Assembly: GCF_004010195.1 (NCBI RefSeq)
Contig: NC_057717.1
Coordinates: forward strand, 104,506,003-104,570,002
Length of the DNA stretch: 64,000 nt
Reading direction: 5' to 3'
DNA from: Chiloscyllium plagiosum
Taxonomy: Eukaryota
Of this stretch, positions 1 through 12,900 are shown in pieces. The position numbers were made by a program, and so were the translations under genes. Position 1 is the first letter of the stretch; each line of letters opens with the position of its first letter. The notes beneath the pieces were generated by a model. That model saw nothing but the letters and a program-made list of their open reading frames with translations. It ran no database searches and was not told the origin of the DNA.

Positions 1-283
1 TCCCTCAGCACTGACCCTCCGACAGTGAGGCACTCTCTCAGCACTGACCCTCCGACAGTGAGGCACTCCCTCAGCACTGACCCTCCGACAGTGAGGCACT
101 CCCTCAGCACTGACGCACCGACAATGCGGCACTCCTCAGCACTGAACCTCTGACAGTGCGGCACTACGTCAGCATTGACCCTCTGACAGTGCGGCACTCC
201 CTCAGCACTGACCCTCTGACAGTGCGCCGCTACCTCAGCATTGACCCTCTGACAGTGCTGCAATCCCTCAGCACTGACCCTCC
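1..283. repeat. 33-bp tandem repeat (about 8.5 copies, runs off the window start) in a MAN2B1 intron
   Basis: Unit tccctcagcactgaccctccgacagtg(a/c)ggcac recurs at 1, 34, 67 and onward. Confidence 0.95.
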
Positions 284-425
284 GCACTCCCTTGGTGCGG
301 ACTGTCCAAAGTGTGTGTGTGGTAGTCCTGCCGGGCTGTCTGGTTTGGGAAATGGGATAGTGGGAGGTTATTCCTCGCGGGATATAGCCGATATAATGTA
401 TTCTTTTTTTTAATCCGTTTTGAAG

Positions 426-544
426 ACGGATTTATTTCAGGAAGTTTATCAAAATTTTTCAGCGTGGTGCTCCCAAGTTGTTCGGCTGTACAAAGACCAG
501 CAGTTTGTTGAACTCGAGTGGACCGTGGGGCCAATTCCAGATGG
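426..544 (+). CDS. MAN2B1: MAN2B1 coding exon ([40 protein letters not shown])
   Basis: aag|ACG ... GG|gtaagt; 119 nt. Confidence 0.9.
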
Positions 545-3500
545 GTAAGTATCCGGAATTCCTATAGGATACAGCCAGGGCTCAAGGTGGACCTGGGAAC
601 AGAGCCGCTGCCTATTGCTGGTGTGTCAGGGAGTGCGAGTGTCCCGCACTGTCAGAGAGATTCACTGTGGGGTCCATCTTTAAACACAGCAGCTCCAGGG
701 GATAGTGTCATAGGACCTCAGCTCTATCCCTTACCCTCTGACGTCAGTGTCGGCTTAATTTCGACAAGGGGTAAACTCACCGGAAAACATATGGTTATTT
801 AGGAGGCTTGTGAGGGTAGATGTGGAGAGATTTTCTTCTTGTGGAAGAGTCTAGGACCAGAGGGCAGACTCTCAGAGGAAGGCGGTCGCACATTTAAGGC
901 AGAGATAGGGAGGAATTTCTTCAGAGGGGAGTGAATCTGTGGAATACTTTACCGCAGAGAGCTGTGGAGACTGAGTGATGACGCGTATCAAGGCTGAGAT
1001 AGACAGGTTTTTAAGTCTAAGGTGGAGTTAAGGATGATCATTGAATGGTGGAGCGGATTTGATGGACAGGATGGCCTACTCCTGTCCGTATGCCTTGGGT
1101 TTAATTCTGTTTCCATTCTCTCTCTGAAACGTTAGTGATGGAATTGGCAAGGAAGTTATCAGCCGCTTTGACACGTCGTTAAAAACCGAGGGCATTTTCT
1201 ACACGGATTCCAACGGCAGAGAGATCCTCACCCGGAGGTAAGGTGGGAAATTCCCGATGGAAACAGTTGCCTGGAGAAGTGTAGTCATTGACTTCCAGCC
1301 ACCAGCTGATGCTGTGGATGAAACTCCTGTTGTTTAGAACCTGCAGCTAACTCCCTCAAGAGCTGCATTTCTATAATATCGTTCTTGACTTCACAACATC
1401 CCAAACTGCCTTGCAGTGAACTGAGTTCTTACGAAATGATGCTGCAATGAATGAAGCATAGCAACCAGTTTCTACAAAGCAAGCTCCCACAGACAGGAAG
1501 GACAGAGGGAGGTGATGGCCTACTGCTGTTATGGCTTGACTATAAATCCCGAGACCCAGGCAATGATCTTGGAAACCCAGTTCGAACCTCACTATGGCTG
1601 TCCTTCCTGGGTCTGGCCTACATGTGACTCCAGACCCATAGCAATGTGGTTGAGTTTAATTATCATTTAGGCAGTAAATGCTGACCCATGAATGATTTTT
1701 AAAATGAAATGTTGGTTACGGAGTGAATTCTGGCCACAGGGCCTGATACAGCCCTGCAAGAGACAGCAGCAGGATCCTTCGTTTAATATCTCACCTGATT
1801 GATGACGGTCACAGCTCAGTACTCGGATGGTCAGCCTGGGTTCAGAGGGCAGAGGTTACCGCTGAGTCACAACTGACCGTGTGTGAAGTGAAAACTCAAA
1901 TCCCGTCAGCCATCAATATCACAATCCATGTGGGATCTGCTGCAGAGCTGCCCAGTGATTGGGCCATTCACATTATCCAATGGCAGTCAAAGAACAGGAA
2001 TGTCATAAAGCATTGGGTGGGGTGTCTTTGGGGGAAATATGTCACTAATCATCTAAACGAGTATAATGGTACTGTCCCCATCTCTGGACCAAGAGACCCA
2101 GGTTCAAGCTCCACCTGCTCCAGACGTGTGTCATAATATCTCTGCAGCATAGGAAGTTGAGGAGTGACCTTACAGAGATTTATAAAATCGTAAGGGGCTT
2201 AGATGAGGTTAATGATGAGGGTCTTTTCCCTAGGCTGGGGGTGTTCAAACCTAGGGGTCATGTTTTTGTGGTGAGAGAAGCAAGATTTAAAAAGGACATG
2301 AGGGGCAAATTGTTTCCACAGAGAGTGATTAGTGTGTGGAATGAACTGTGGTGCATGCAGGTACAGTTATAATGTTAAAAGACATTTGGATATGCCCATG
2401 AATAGGAAAGGTTTAGGGGGATATGAACCAGGAGCAGGCAGGTGGGACTCGTTTAGTTTGGGGTTATGGTCAGCATGGAATGGTTGGGCCGAAGGGTCTG
2501 TGGTGCATTGGGACTTCCTGTATCGCTGGATTGGGAAATCTAGGTTCAAGTCCCTCCTGCTCCTGACGTGTGTACTGATATCTCGGAAACTGATTGACAG
2601 GAAGGAGAGAGAGTGTTTGTTGAATCTATGCTGTATACTGCATTCTAACCTGTCCTTGTGCTCCAAGGAGAGATTATCGACCGACGTGGAAACTTGAACA
2701 AACGGAGCCTGTTGCTGGAAACTACTTCCCGGTGAACAGCCGGATTTACATGAAGGTGAAAGCCTTGTTGTATTTCAGCTTTAACCCCACAGTCTCACAA
2801 GGGATCCTACACCACCACCCCCTGCTCCCAAAACCATTCACAGCAAAGCAGTATTCTCGACTCACTGCCTTTGTTGGGGTACAGCCTATGGGCATACTCT
2901 CACCCTACAGTATATCTCCTCAATGTTTCCATAAAGTATCAACTAGCTATTCCACCATTGTATGCATCACATCCAATTGTGATTCTGCCTTCATTCCCAG
3001 CCCCGCGCGCGGGCGGGCGCACACACACACATACTCCCTCGCTGTAAGGGAGACAGGCGGAGGCATGGTCCCAGCTAACGATCTCTCTCCTGCTCTCACA
3101 GTAGCTGAGATACGCTAATTTCAATGGCCACTGTTTTGGCACACAGCCCCTCTGCAGGTTTGAAATGTTGGTACCTTTTCTAATTCAGGACAGCAAGATG
3201 CAGTTGACTGTATTGACTGATCGATCACAAGGAGGAAGCAGCATCAAAGATGGGTCCTTGGAGCTCATGGTAAATCTTGTTCAGTTATTCCCCTCTTGAG
3301 ATGGATGGGGGGGTGGCGGTGGCAGAAGGATTGTGAACAAAGTAAGCGAAGATGGAATTGAGAGCAATAGCTTTGGTCGCAAATAGCCCATTCAGTGGTG
3401 AATTCGTTAATTAACTCATCCTGGTGATAGAAGCTGTTATTTATATTTAATTTATTTTAAAGTTGTGAGTTTGATCTGTCTATGAGGGGGTTTAATGATT

Positions 3501-6500
3501 AATGTACAAATATTTTTATAATCATGGTGATGTATTGTAACACAGTATGGGAGAGAGTGACTTCCTGGGGAGTAATGCGTTTTTGTTTTCAGTGGGTGAG
3601 TTTTATGAATAAATATTAGGTTTCTGTTGAAGATTCTGGAATTGTTTGTTGGCTTCGGGGAAAATCTCAGAGCTAGAAGGAAGCCATTTTGGAATTGGTC
3701 AGTTTTGCAGGAGGCTTGGCTGCAGCTGGGTGTGTAAGACAGTTACTCCTAAAGAAGGGGAAGAGTTTAGAAATTGGTTACCTCAGTGTAGTATAACCTT
3801 CCAGACCAAGCATGTTGGTTAAAACACCAAAGGGATTATTTGAAGCCAAGAAAGTCTAGCCTCAGTTGTATGATGATTCAAGGATGAGGTTATTAGATTA
3901 GTCATTTAAGTAATTGAGACAGAGGTTCTTGATTACTGAGGGGATCAAACTTTATGGGGAAAAGGCAGCAGCTTGGGGTTGAGAAACACGTGAGCCATAC
4001 CAGAATGGTAGAGCAAACAGAATGGGCCAAATGACCGAATTCTGCTCTGACATTTCATGGTTTTTATGAGGAATTGAAGCTCCTGTTAAACTACAGAGAA
4101 GGTTTTTCTCTTTAATTTTGAAAGCTGTAGGTTTGTGTTTTGTGTAAATAGTTTGGTTTGTTCCATTTTATTGTTTTTGTGTTCTATTGTTAAGTCCAAA
4201 GCTGTAGCACTGTGTGTTTGCGTTTCAGTGAAAGACCAGCTCATTATAATTTTTATCAAGCTCGATTTCAGGCTGGGATCAGAACAATCCCCTGTAGGGG
4301 GAGATAGTGGGTCATTTACCTGTCTTTAAGGCAGAGACTCTGGGTTTGATTCCCACTCCTTGGTTTTCAGATCCTGGAAAATGTGCTCATAAAGCAGATA
4401 AACTGGGTGGGTAGCAACCTGCAGGTTCTTGTAGCACACACCAAGGACAGACACTCCGAGGGCTAGAGATTCCCAGGCACCAGTGCGATGGAAGGAAGGT
4501 TGAAAGCTTCTGGGATCCTACGGTGGGGGCTGGCTGTGGGTTAGATTGGTCCTTACTGTATCGGGGGAAACAGGGATTTAATGCCTGCTCCAGCTGTGAT
4601 GGGGTTGGAATGAGTGTTGATCGGGTGTTAGCCTGCCCTGAATAGGGTGAACGATGACCCAGCAACCAGACTCCTACGTTACTGACATTGTGCATTTATC
4701 ACAACAGGTTCACCGGAGACTGCTCCGCGATGATAACCGAGGTGTCGGGGAAGCTCTGTCAGAGCCGGGTTACGACGGCAAAGGGCTGGTCGTACGAGGA
4801 AAGCACCTTGTCTTTCTCGACACAGTCAATGCCTCTGCTGAACTCCACAGGCTACAGGCACAGGCAGAGTACATGGCACCATGGACAGTAATGGCCCAGG
4901 GCACAGGGACAGCTTACAGCTCCCGGCCGAAACACATTGCAGAGGTAATCCAGCTCCTGGCTTGGTCTACGTGTCTGAGGCCAGGGAAATGGAAGCTCAG
5001 GCAACAGAGTTACAGTGGTGTCTACTTTAATATCGGTACTCATGGCCAACGCTGCAGGAGAGATGCTGCTTCCTGTCAATAACCAGTTCCTCTGGCTCAT
5101 ACTTTGGTATCTCAGCTGTAACCACAGTCCACATTAATATCTACCAACAGATCTGTGGATAAGAGAGAAGGCAGAGGCACAGCCTGACTTTAATTTACTG
5201 TAAAAAAAATTGTTTCTTGAAAGAGTTTGATTAGGTTGACACTCGAGAGAAGCCAGACCTAGGATTTAGAAATAACGGTCATTAATAAACCCAATGGGAA
5301 ATTCAGGAAAACAGTCTTCATCCAGAGTGTGGAATTGAGTATCCCATGGACTGCCTGAGGAAAATGGCATTAACTGTGATTACGGGGGAGAAAGGATGAT
5401 AGTGTGTTTGGGGAGGGGTCTGCTGTTTCTATGTTGTAATCTCACTGATACAAGTTCATTAAGATGGCATGGTGGCTCAGTAGTTAGCATTGTCTGTGTG
5501 GAGTTTGCACATTCTCCCCATGTCTGCGGGGGTTTCCACCTACAATCCAAAGAAGTACCAGTTAGGATGAATTGGCCATGCTAAATTGCTCAGTGTTCAT
5601 GGATGTGTAGGTTAGGTACATTTGTCAGGGTTAAATGTAGAGTCATGGGGAATGTGTTTAGGTGGGACACTTTTTGGAGAATCAGCGTGGACTTGTTGGG
5701 CTGAAGGCCCATAGGGTAGAAATTCTAAGATTACTTTCTCTGCTATTCCTGTGACCTTTGCTTGTTTTCTGAACATTTCCAGTTCTCGGCCCTGAAGGAG
5801 GAGTTACCCCCTAACGTCCATCTCCTAACTCTGGCTCAGTGGGATTCTCAATCCTTCCTCATCCGGCTGGAACACCAGTTTGAAATGGGGGAAAGCAGTG
5901 TCTACTCCAAGCCCATCACTGTGGATCTGGCTGTAAGTTCCCTCGTTCTGGTTACGGTAGGGAGGAGACGACAAGAGGAGGGAGAGCCAATGCCATTAAC
6001 TGATTTGAAACTCTAATCCCCTCTCTCTGGAAGATAAGAGACCAGGATAGGATCATAACATGAGCCCTTCATTACATCTATCCTGTATAAACGCTAGACA
6101 GGGTTATGGGGGATGGAATGCGTGAAACGAATTAAAGTATTTATTTAGTCAGCTATGATCACATTGAAGGGCTGTACCGGCTTGATGGGCCAAATGGCCT
6201 GATCCAGTTTCTTTGTACCAAGCTCCATGCCAGAGCAGGAAGGTTTTGACCTGTACACCACTGGCTGGGAAGCAGAGGCCTGTGGAACACAGCCAAGTCG
6301 AGATCGGGGACAGTCTATGACAGACTTGTTGTTAGAATCATCTGTAAAGCTCTGGCCCATGAGATACCAAATCCTGACACACACACACACCCATTCTGAG
6401 AATTCCCTCTGGTGGTAGGCCTTGAGCAGACAGAGTCCCTGCCCTCAGTCGCTCTAAAACAACTCGGAATAAAAGGCATGGTTTAATTGTTACTGATGCC

Positions 6501-7846
6501 AACGGTGATCAAATACCCTGCTGTACTCTCTTAACCCCACTCTGAGACTAGCTGCTTAGGGCCATCCAGCTAGAGAGCAGAATCAACAAGGACATGGGAA
6601 ATGTCCGATTGTACACCGATGGCCTTACCCTGGCTTTCTCTCTGCTTCTCCCTTCAGAATTTGTTTTCTACTTTCAAGATCATTTCTGTTGAGGAAATGT
6701 CTCTGGGCTTCAACCAGCGGAAAGAGGACGTGTCTAGACTCAAATGGAGAACTGGACCAGGTTGGTCGCCCAGCCTCTGGGTCAGAAACACACTGCCTTG
6801 TTTTCACTGTCCTGCTCCACCTCATCATCCTGTCCCCCAGTGGCTGTATAGAAAACCAAAAGCTGTTAATAAAGACAGGGGGTTGGGGGAATCAAATCTG
6901 TGATTTTAGTGTAGGAAAATCAATTAAAAGGATGATGTAAAAACAGATTAATTTCTAACTCGGGGGGGGCAAAACAGACAGGGTTTATTGGTAAAATCTC
7001 AAGAACAGATAGAGTATAATCCAAAGATTAAGGCATACTGGCCCCTCTAGGGAAACAGTCAAGATTCAGCTGTTTAAAGCCCTGGTTAGAGGATACAGAT
7101 TGGGAGCACACCTCAGCAAAGATATCATGTCCTAGTGCAGCACGGGTTTAAAAGAACAAAGCCTTGATTTCGAGCAGAGAGTAAACAAAGTCTGTATTCC
7201 CTTAAACAGAGAACAATAAATCATGATTTGATCCAAGTTTAAAATATCAAAGTAAATGAAGAGGATTGACACAAATGTGTTTTTGCTGGAGAGTTAAACA
7301 GCAGAGTCTAAACATTAGAACGAAATTAGATACACTTCTATAGCGAGAATGGCGGTTTAGAAATCTGTTCACAAATGGCGATTGATGGCAATTATTAATT
7401 AGAAATCAGATTGGTAGACTTCTGTAGGCCAAGAGGAGATGGGACAGAGTTAGGTCGCTCTCTATCTCAAGAACTGCTCAACTTCTGTACTAATGATTGA
7501 TGTGGAATATGAAATCCTGTCAGGGGGCAGTTGGATTGAATAGTCCGATTCCATGCTGGAGGATCAGCAGGTCTAGCAGCATCCAGGTAGAGAGAAAAGA
7601 GTTAATGATTTGAGAGTTCAGTATGATGATTCTTCACAACCACAATCAGACTCAATGTTATCTCTTTCTATTTGACTTGTCTCTGTGCTGCATGTTCTAA
7701 CTAATACTTTGATGGTCTTCTCTTCCCACCTTTCAGAGAAGGACAGTGTCAAGTCAGCTTCCAGCCGTAAGGATAGCTCCAAGCACGAGGTGGTCCTCAA
7801 TCCAATGGAGATCCGCACATTCCGTGTTCGCATCCAGTACCTATAA
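426..7846 (+). CDS. MAN2B1: Lysosomal alpha-mannosidase (GH38), 3' part; join(426-544,1136-1237,2668-2755,3189-3269,4708-4944,5783-5932,6658-6760,7737-7846)
   Basis: 8 GT-AG exons splice in frame (990 nt, 329 aa plus stop). Motifs [86 protein letters not shown] match MAN2B1. 5' exons lie outside the window. Confidence 0.96.
1136..1237 (+). CDS. MAN2B1: MAN2B1 coding exon ([33 protein letters not shown])
   Basis: ttag|T ... AG|gtaagg; 102 nt. Confidence 0.93.
2668..2755 (+). CDS. MAN2B1: MAN2B1 coding exon ([29 protein letters not shown])
   Basis: caag|G ... AAG|gtgaaa; 88 nt. Confidence 0.93.
3189..3269 (+). CDS. MAN2B1: MAN2B1 coding exon ([27 protein letters not shown])
   Basis: tcag|GAC ... 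ATG|gtaaat; 81 nt. Confidence 0.94.
4708..4944 (+). CDS. MAN2B1: MAN2B1 coding exon ([17 protein letters not shown]...PKHIAE)
   Basis: acag|GTT ... GAG|gtaatc; 237 nt, inside ORF 4654-5082. Confidence 0.93.
5783..5932 (+). CDS. MAN2B1: MAN2B1 coding exon ([17 protein letters not shown]...ITVDLA)
   Basis: ccag|TTC ... GCT|gtaagt; 150 nt. Confidence 0.93.
6658..6760 (+). CDS. MAN2B1: MAN2B1 coding exon ([34 protein letters not shown])
   Basis: tcag|AAT ... CCAG|gttggt; 103 nt. Confidence 0.9.
7737..7846 (+). CDS. MAN2B1: MAN2B1 last coding exon (...[20 protein letters not shown])
   Basis: tttcag|AG; canonical L-x-PMEIRTF C-terminus; TAA at 7844-7846. Confidence 0.93.
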
Positions 7847-9349
7847 CCGCCCTATACTGGGAAGAGAGGGGAATGTGGGAATACTGTGGACCAACCAATC
7901 AAGCACATGGAAAGTCCAAATCTGTCCACTGTGTGGTTTTCCCAGGGACAATGTCATTGTCAGGTTGGCGTCTGCTGCTGTTTTCATACTTCACTCGATG
8001 ATGCCTTAATATGACAGATGACTTTATCATCATCTTCTGTCTTCATCCAAGCGCCCAGCCATATTTGGGAGTTTGTTCACTTTTTAATACATTTGACGGA
8101 TTAGGCTTCTATCTACCAATCAATCAGACCTTGTTCCATGAAAGAAAGTGAAGGAAACTGCCTGGATTCCAATGTAATTAAAAACGCTTTCTTGTTCCCC
8201 CACCCTGTAACATTGATCATGTGCCTGTACCCAGGTCCCAATCCTGTAACTGAGAACATCTCCACTTTAATTGGTGACTCTTAAAAGCACCAGTGGAAAA
8301 GCTGCAAGCCTCCCATTCAATTAAAAATCAGTTTAAAGAAAACCTCATGATTCAGCTATGTAAGTGAGGGACAGTGCAATAAGTTTCCATACTACTGCTT
8401 TTGTGAATGATGTGTGAATGGAAGTTTTTAAAAATCCTTTTTAATTATGATTAAATTTGAATTATCAATGCAGTATTCAGGACTATGCCTTTGTGATAAA
8501 CACATCAATTTCTGTTACTACTACTTCATAGAATCCTTAGAGTGTGGAAACAGGCCATTTGGCCCAACAAGTCCACACTGACGTATTATCCTACATTTAC
8601 CCCTGACTAATGCACCTAACATACATATCCCTGAACACTATGGGTATTTTAGCATGGCCAATTCACCCTAACCTGCATATCTTTGGATAGTGGCAGCAAA
8701 CTCCACACAGTGACCAAAGGGTGGAATCGAACCTGGTTCCCTGGCGCTGTGAGGCAGTAGGGCTAGCCACCCCATTTCTTGTATGAAATTTGGTCAGAAT
8801 GTTTTGAAATCACAATAACTTAATTTGAAGTTTTATTGAAACATCAGTAGCCAAGTCTGCATATCTAGTGCTTGGACAGAGAAAGTACGGAAGGGGGAAA
8901 GAACTTGTTCCGTCTTTCTCCTGAGGGAGACCACATTCTGAAACAAGCAGCAGCTTTCGACAAAGGGAACTCCCTTTTCCTGAAAGTGATCAATTTTACC
9001 AGCAGGCCTTCCACAGGGAACAGGACATCCTGAGTGTTTGTTTATCGGATTTGTCAGCTGCATAGAATTCAGCGAGAAAAGTAAAAGTGCAGTTGGATTA
9101 CTCCAATCTCTAGCCCTGCTCTAGGCTCTTTGTTTAGCCTGATTAACTGTAACTGGGGAGAGGTGATGGCCTAGTAGTATCATAGCTGGACAATTCATCC
9201 AGAGACCCAGGTAATGTTCAGGGTCCTGGGTTCAAATCCTGCCATGGAAGATGGTGAAATTTTAATTCAATAAAAATCTGTAATTGAGTCTAATGATGAC
9301 CATGAGCTGTTGTCGATGGTTAGAAAAACCCACCTGATTCACTAATGTC

Positions 9350-9437
9350 GAGAGTGTGGTGCTGGAAAAGCACAGGACACAGCATCCAAGGAGTAAGAGA
9401 ATTGACGTTTCGGGCAAAAGCCCTTCTTCAGGAATGG
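9350..9437 (-). mobile_element. Short Penelope-derived insertion inside a tRNA-type SINE (about 9160-9510)
   Basis: 12-bp target-site duplication ttcactaatgtc at 9338-9349 and 9438-9449; same family as the 34185-34392 palindrome. Confidence 0.75.
9400..9436 (-). ncRNA. Minimal type I hammerhead ribozyme motif
   Basis: Minus strand reads CUGAAGA-A-GGGC-UUUU-GCCC-GAAAC-GUC; core intact, helix I weak. Confidence 0.6.
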
Positions 9438-9902
9438 TTCACTAATGTCCTTGCTTGGCCTACATGTGACTCTAGACCCATAGCAATGTGGTTGGCTTTG
9501 GGATGGCCAATAAACACTAGACCAACCAGCCATGCCCTAATCAACTTGTTCGGAAATGTTATGACACACCTCTGGGGCAGACTGGACTCAAACCCAAGCC
9601 TCCAAGGTTAGAGGCAGGAACACTACAACCATATTCAATGACTTACATCTGAATGGAGTTCAGGTGAGACCAGGACAGTGGTAACTATAACAAGAACTGC
9701 AGTCCAATATGATGCATGATTAGGGATAGGAAAATGGAACGGTACTTTGAGAAACAAGCTTCTTTAAAAACAATGCAGTTTAATTATAAATAAAACTTGC
9801 ATATCTAATCTTACACTTTACATTTGGATCCTGCAACCACACTCAGGATGGCTTGTTACCTCTCAAGAGTTCAATGTTAACAAAACTGCATCTCTCTGAA
9901 GC

Positions 9903-9959
9903 CTATTGGTCAGTTCCCTTTGTGGTTGCTTCCTGGTGACAATCCTCTCCACGGTTTCC
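9903..9959 (-). CDS. TRMT1: TRMT1 last coding exon ([18 protein letters not shown])
   Basis: Strong acceptor ctgatctgtcctttcttttag|GGA; phase 0; RGEDC aligns with the RGDQC part of the mammalian zinc-finger exon. Confidence 0.72.
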   Translation of the reverse strand, partial: GNRGEDCHQEATTKGTDQ

Positions 9960-12900
9960 CTAAAAGAAAGGACAGATCAGCCAAAAAATCTCAACAACTC
10001 CACAGTGCAGCATAAGAAACCTCCATTGCATTTCAATCTAATGCTTAAGGCAAGATTGAAGCTAAAGCTTATTTTAAAATGATTTATAACATCTGATCCC
10101 AAGGAGTGCTAGCAACTGAGAAAGATCTTTTCTCAAGTAGTCCCAAACCTCCTTGATGTTCCTGCTACAAAGCTATCGGGTATTTGCAGCATCATCGTGG
10201 AGCAGTAAGATTTCGGTTCGGTGGGGCGGGAGCAGGATGTGTGTGCACTGTCTGGGACAATGCCCTTATCCATTAAGGAGAATCCTTTTAAAATGGACTC
10301 AGTCTCTACACAGTTAAGATAAATGTTTCTACCAGGTCACCATACAAACCCACAGCGGGATGTTCAAGTGTAGGTGATCGGTGCCAAAGCAAGCAACTGA
10401 CACACTAACTAGTACATTCCGGTTGTAAACCTTTCGATAGCACCTGGCTCTTTGTGTATTAGCTCCAAATGCAGGCTAATGTGTGCCAGAGGAAATGGTG
10501 GAGGCTGGTACAATGACAAAGGGCATTTGGATGGGTATATGAATAGGAAGGGTTTAGAGGGATATGGGTCAAACACTGGCAAATGGGACTAAAATTAATT
10601 TATGATGTCTGGTCAGCAAGGATGAGTTGGGCTGAAGGGTCTGTTTCCATGCTGCAACCCTTCATGTTAGTGTACGTTTCATACCCAAATAAATCCACAT
10701 TGCCACCAGCTGCTGCTCTCACCTCTCGGAATATTTTACAGGGGATGGTCTTCCCAGAATCGGAATCGCCCAGTTTCTGCTTCCGTTTATTCTGCAGCCG
10801 TTTCCTTTTCTCTTCCAATGTTTGTTGAATTCCTCCACTAGGAGACACAAAGCACCAACTCTTCAACACACCCAGTCAACTCCCTTACAACAGGACCTCC
10901 TGCTATTGTCAGAGGTCAGAAAGCCCACTCTGTGACATTGCTCCTACCAACAGTGACTGGTAGAGACACAGAGCACTGAACCACAAGGAATGCTCACCTC
11001 ACAGTTTGTCCATCAGCCTATGAACCCTTACTGCAAAATCAGAGAACAGACAGAGACAGGAATAATTCTGGCTCCAGTTGCTGTCCTTAGCATTTCAGGA
11101 CACATTCTCATAGGAGACAGGGTACCTGTACCAGTGCAGATAGAGTGTGTCTGCAGCAAGACTAATGGGTTTTTGGGAAGTGGACTATGCTAACAGAATA
11201 CCCAGGCTGCTTTTGGAAATCTGAGTTTACCCTGCGCACCCGGCACAGTGGTTAGCACTGTTACTTCACAGCGCCAGGGACCTGGGTTCAATTCTAGCCT
11301 CGGATGCCTGTGGAGTTTGCACATTCTCTCTGTGTCTGTGGGGATTTCCTCCCACAGTCCCAAGATGACCTAAATTATGAGGGGCATGGATAGGGTAAAT
11401 AGACAAGATCTCTTCCCTGGGGTCAGGGAGTCCGGAACTAGAGGGCATAGGTTTAGGGTGAGAGAGGAAAGATATAAGAGAGACCGAAGGGGTAACTTTT
11501 TCATACAGAGGGTGGTACGTGTATGGAATGAGCTGCCAGAGGATGTGGCGGAGGCTGGTACAATTGCAACATTTAAGAGGCATTTGGATGGGTATATGAA
11601 TAGGAAGGGTTTGGAGGGATATGGGCCAGCCAGGTGCTGGCAGGTGGGATTAGATTGGGTTGGGATATCTGGCCTGCATGGATGGGTTGGACCGAAGGGT
11701 CTGCTTCCATGCTGGACATCTCTATGACTCTATGCAGGTTAAGTGAACTGGCCATACTAAATTACCCATACTGTTCAGGAATGTGTAGGATAGGTGCATT
11801 AGTCAGAGTAAGTGTACAGTAATAGGGTAGGGGAATAGATCTTGGTGGGTTACTCTTTGGAGGGTTGGTGTGGACTTGTTGGGCCAAATGGCCTGTTTCC
11901 ACACTGTAGGGATTCTATGATTTGGTGAATGTATAAGGCAGCTAAGTGGTGAAAAGCAGCCACTATTCTGTCACTCCCTCCCTCCCAGACACTGTCTCCA
12001 AAACAGTGATGGAGTTACACAGCAAAACTCTCTCACACGGCATCAGGCAGACTGGCAGTGAAATGGCCCACTTTGGAATTATACAAATTAAGTTTAAGTT
12101 GTACTGCTCGGAGTTTTACAAAAAGACAAGCCCAGCCCAAACGCAGCCCCCTCCAGCCATGGCTGCCTGTTACAGGCTGAAAGCTTACCCAACCTTGGCC
12201 CTCGCCTTTGGCCCCCAGTTGGCTTCCGGGTTTTCCTGGAATCGCTTTAGCCCTTGCTTCCTCGATTTGGGATTTGCATCTTCCCGGATATCGAAGCAAG
12301 CCTGCAGACTGAGAAACAGGAGGCTGGTGTAAAAGCTCGATTGGAGGCAAAAAGAAAGCAAAAAGTCACCATTACAAGGAAACGATAAACTTATTCTGAA
12401 GGAATTGCAGCACAATCCACAGTCAGTCAGAAAGGTCCCGCCCTTCTGAAAAAGAAAAAGAGGATGACACAGATGTACACAATTCTACCTCAGTAGAGTA
12501 ATCACAGCAGTTTTTGGCTGGAAGACTTCAGGGAGAATCAACATTGGAATTGCAAAGCTAAAGTGCACCTCCCACCATCCTGGTTGCCAGGTGGCACGAC
12601 GGTGAAGTCAATAGATTGGAAATCCAGAGGATCGGAGTAATGTTCAGACATTGGTTCACATCCAACAATAAAAACTAGATTCAGTCATTATGATGAACAC
12701 AGCAACCCATCACCTACAAAAGCTATCTGCTGTCCTCACCCACTCTCGGATGACAGGGGACTCCAGACCCACAGTAATGTGTTTGACTCCTAACTGCCGT
12801 TTGAAATGGCCAAGCGTGTCACTCAGTTCAAGGGCAAGTAGGGATGGGCAACAAAGGCTCACTTTGGCAGCAGACCCAAGACAGAATAAAGAAATCTTGA

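Noticed and set aside
1..283. CRISPR-like array
   Set aside because: Head-to-tail repeats without unique spacers, in a vertebrate intron, with no cas genes
3460..4290. Possible solo LTR in a MAN2B1 intron (TG...CA-like ends)
   Set aside because: No TSD or second copy identifiable
10135..10270. Alternative TRMT1 last exon with Cys/His (GHCPRQCTH) that might restore the zinc finger
   Set aside because: No AG in the required phase, no polypyrimidine tract, and wrong Cys/His spacing
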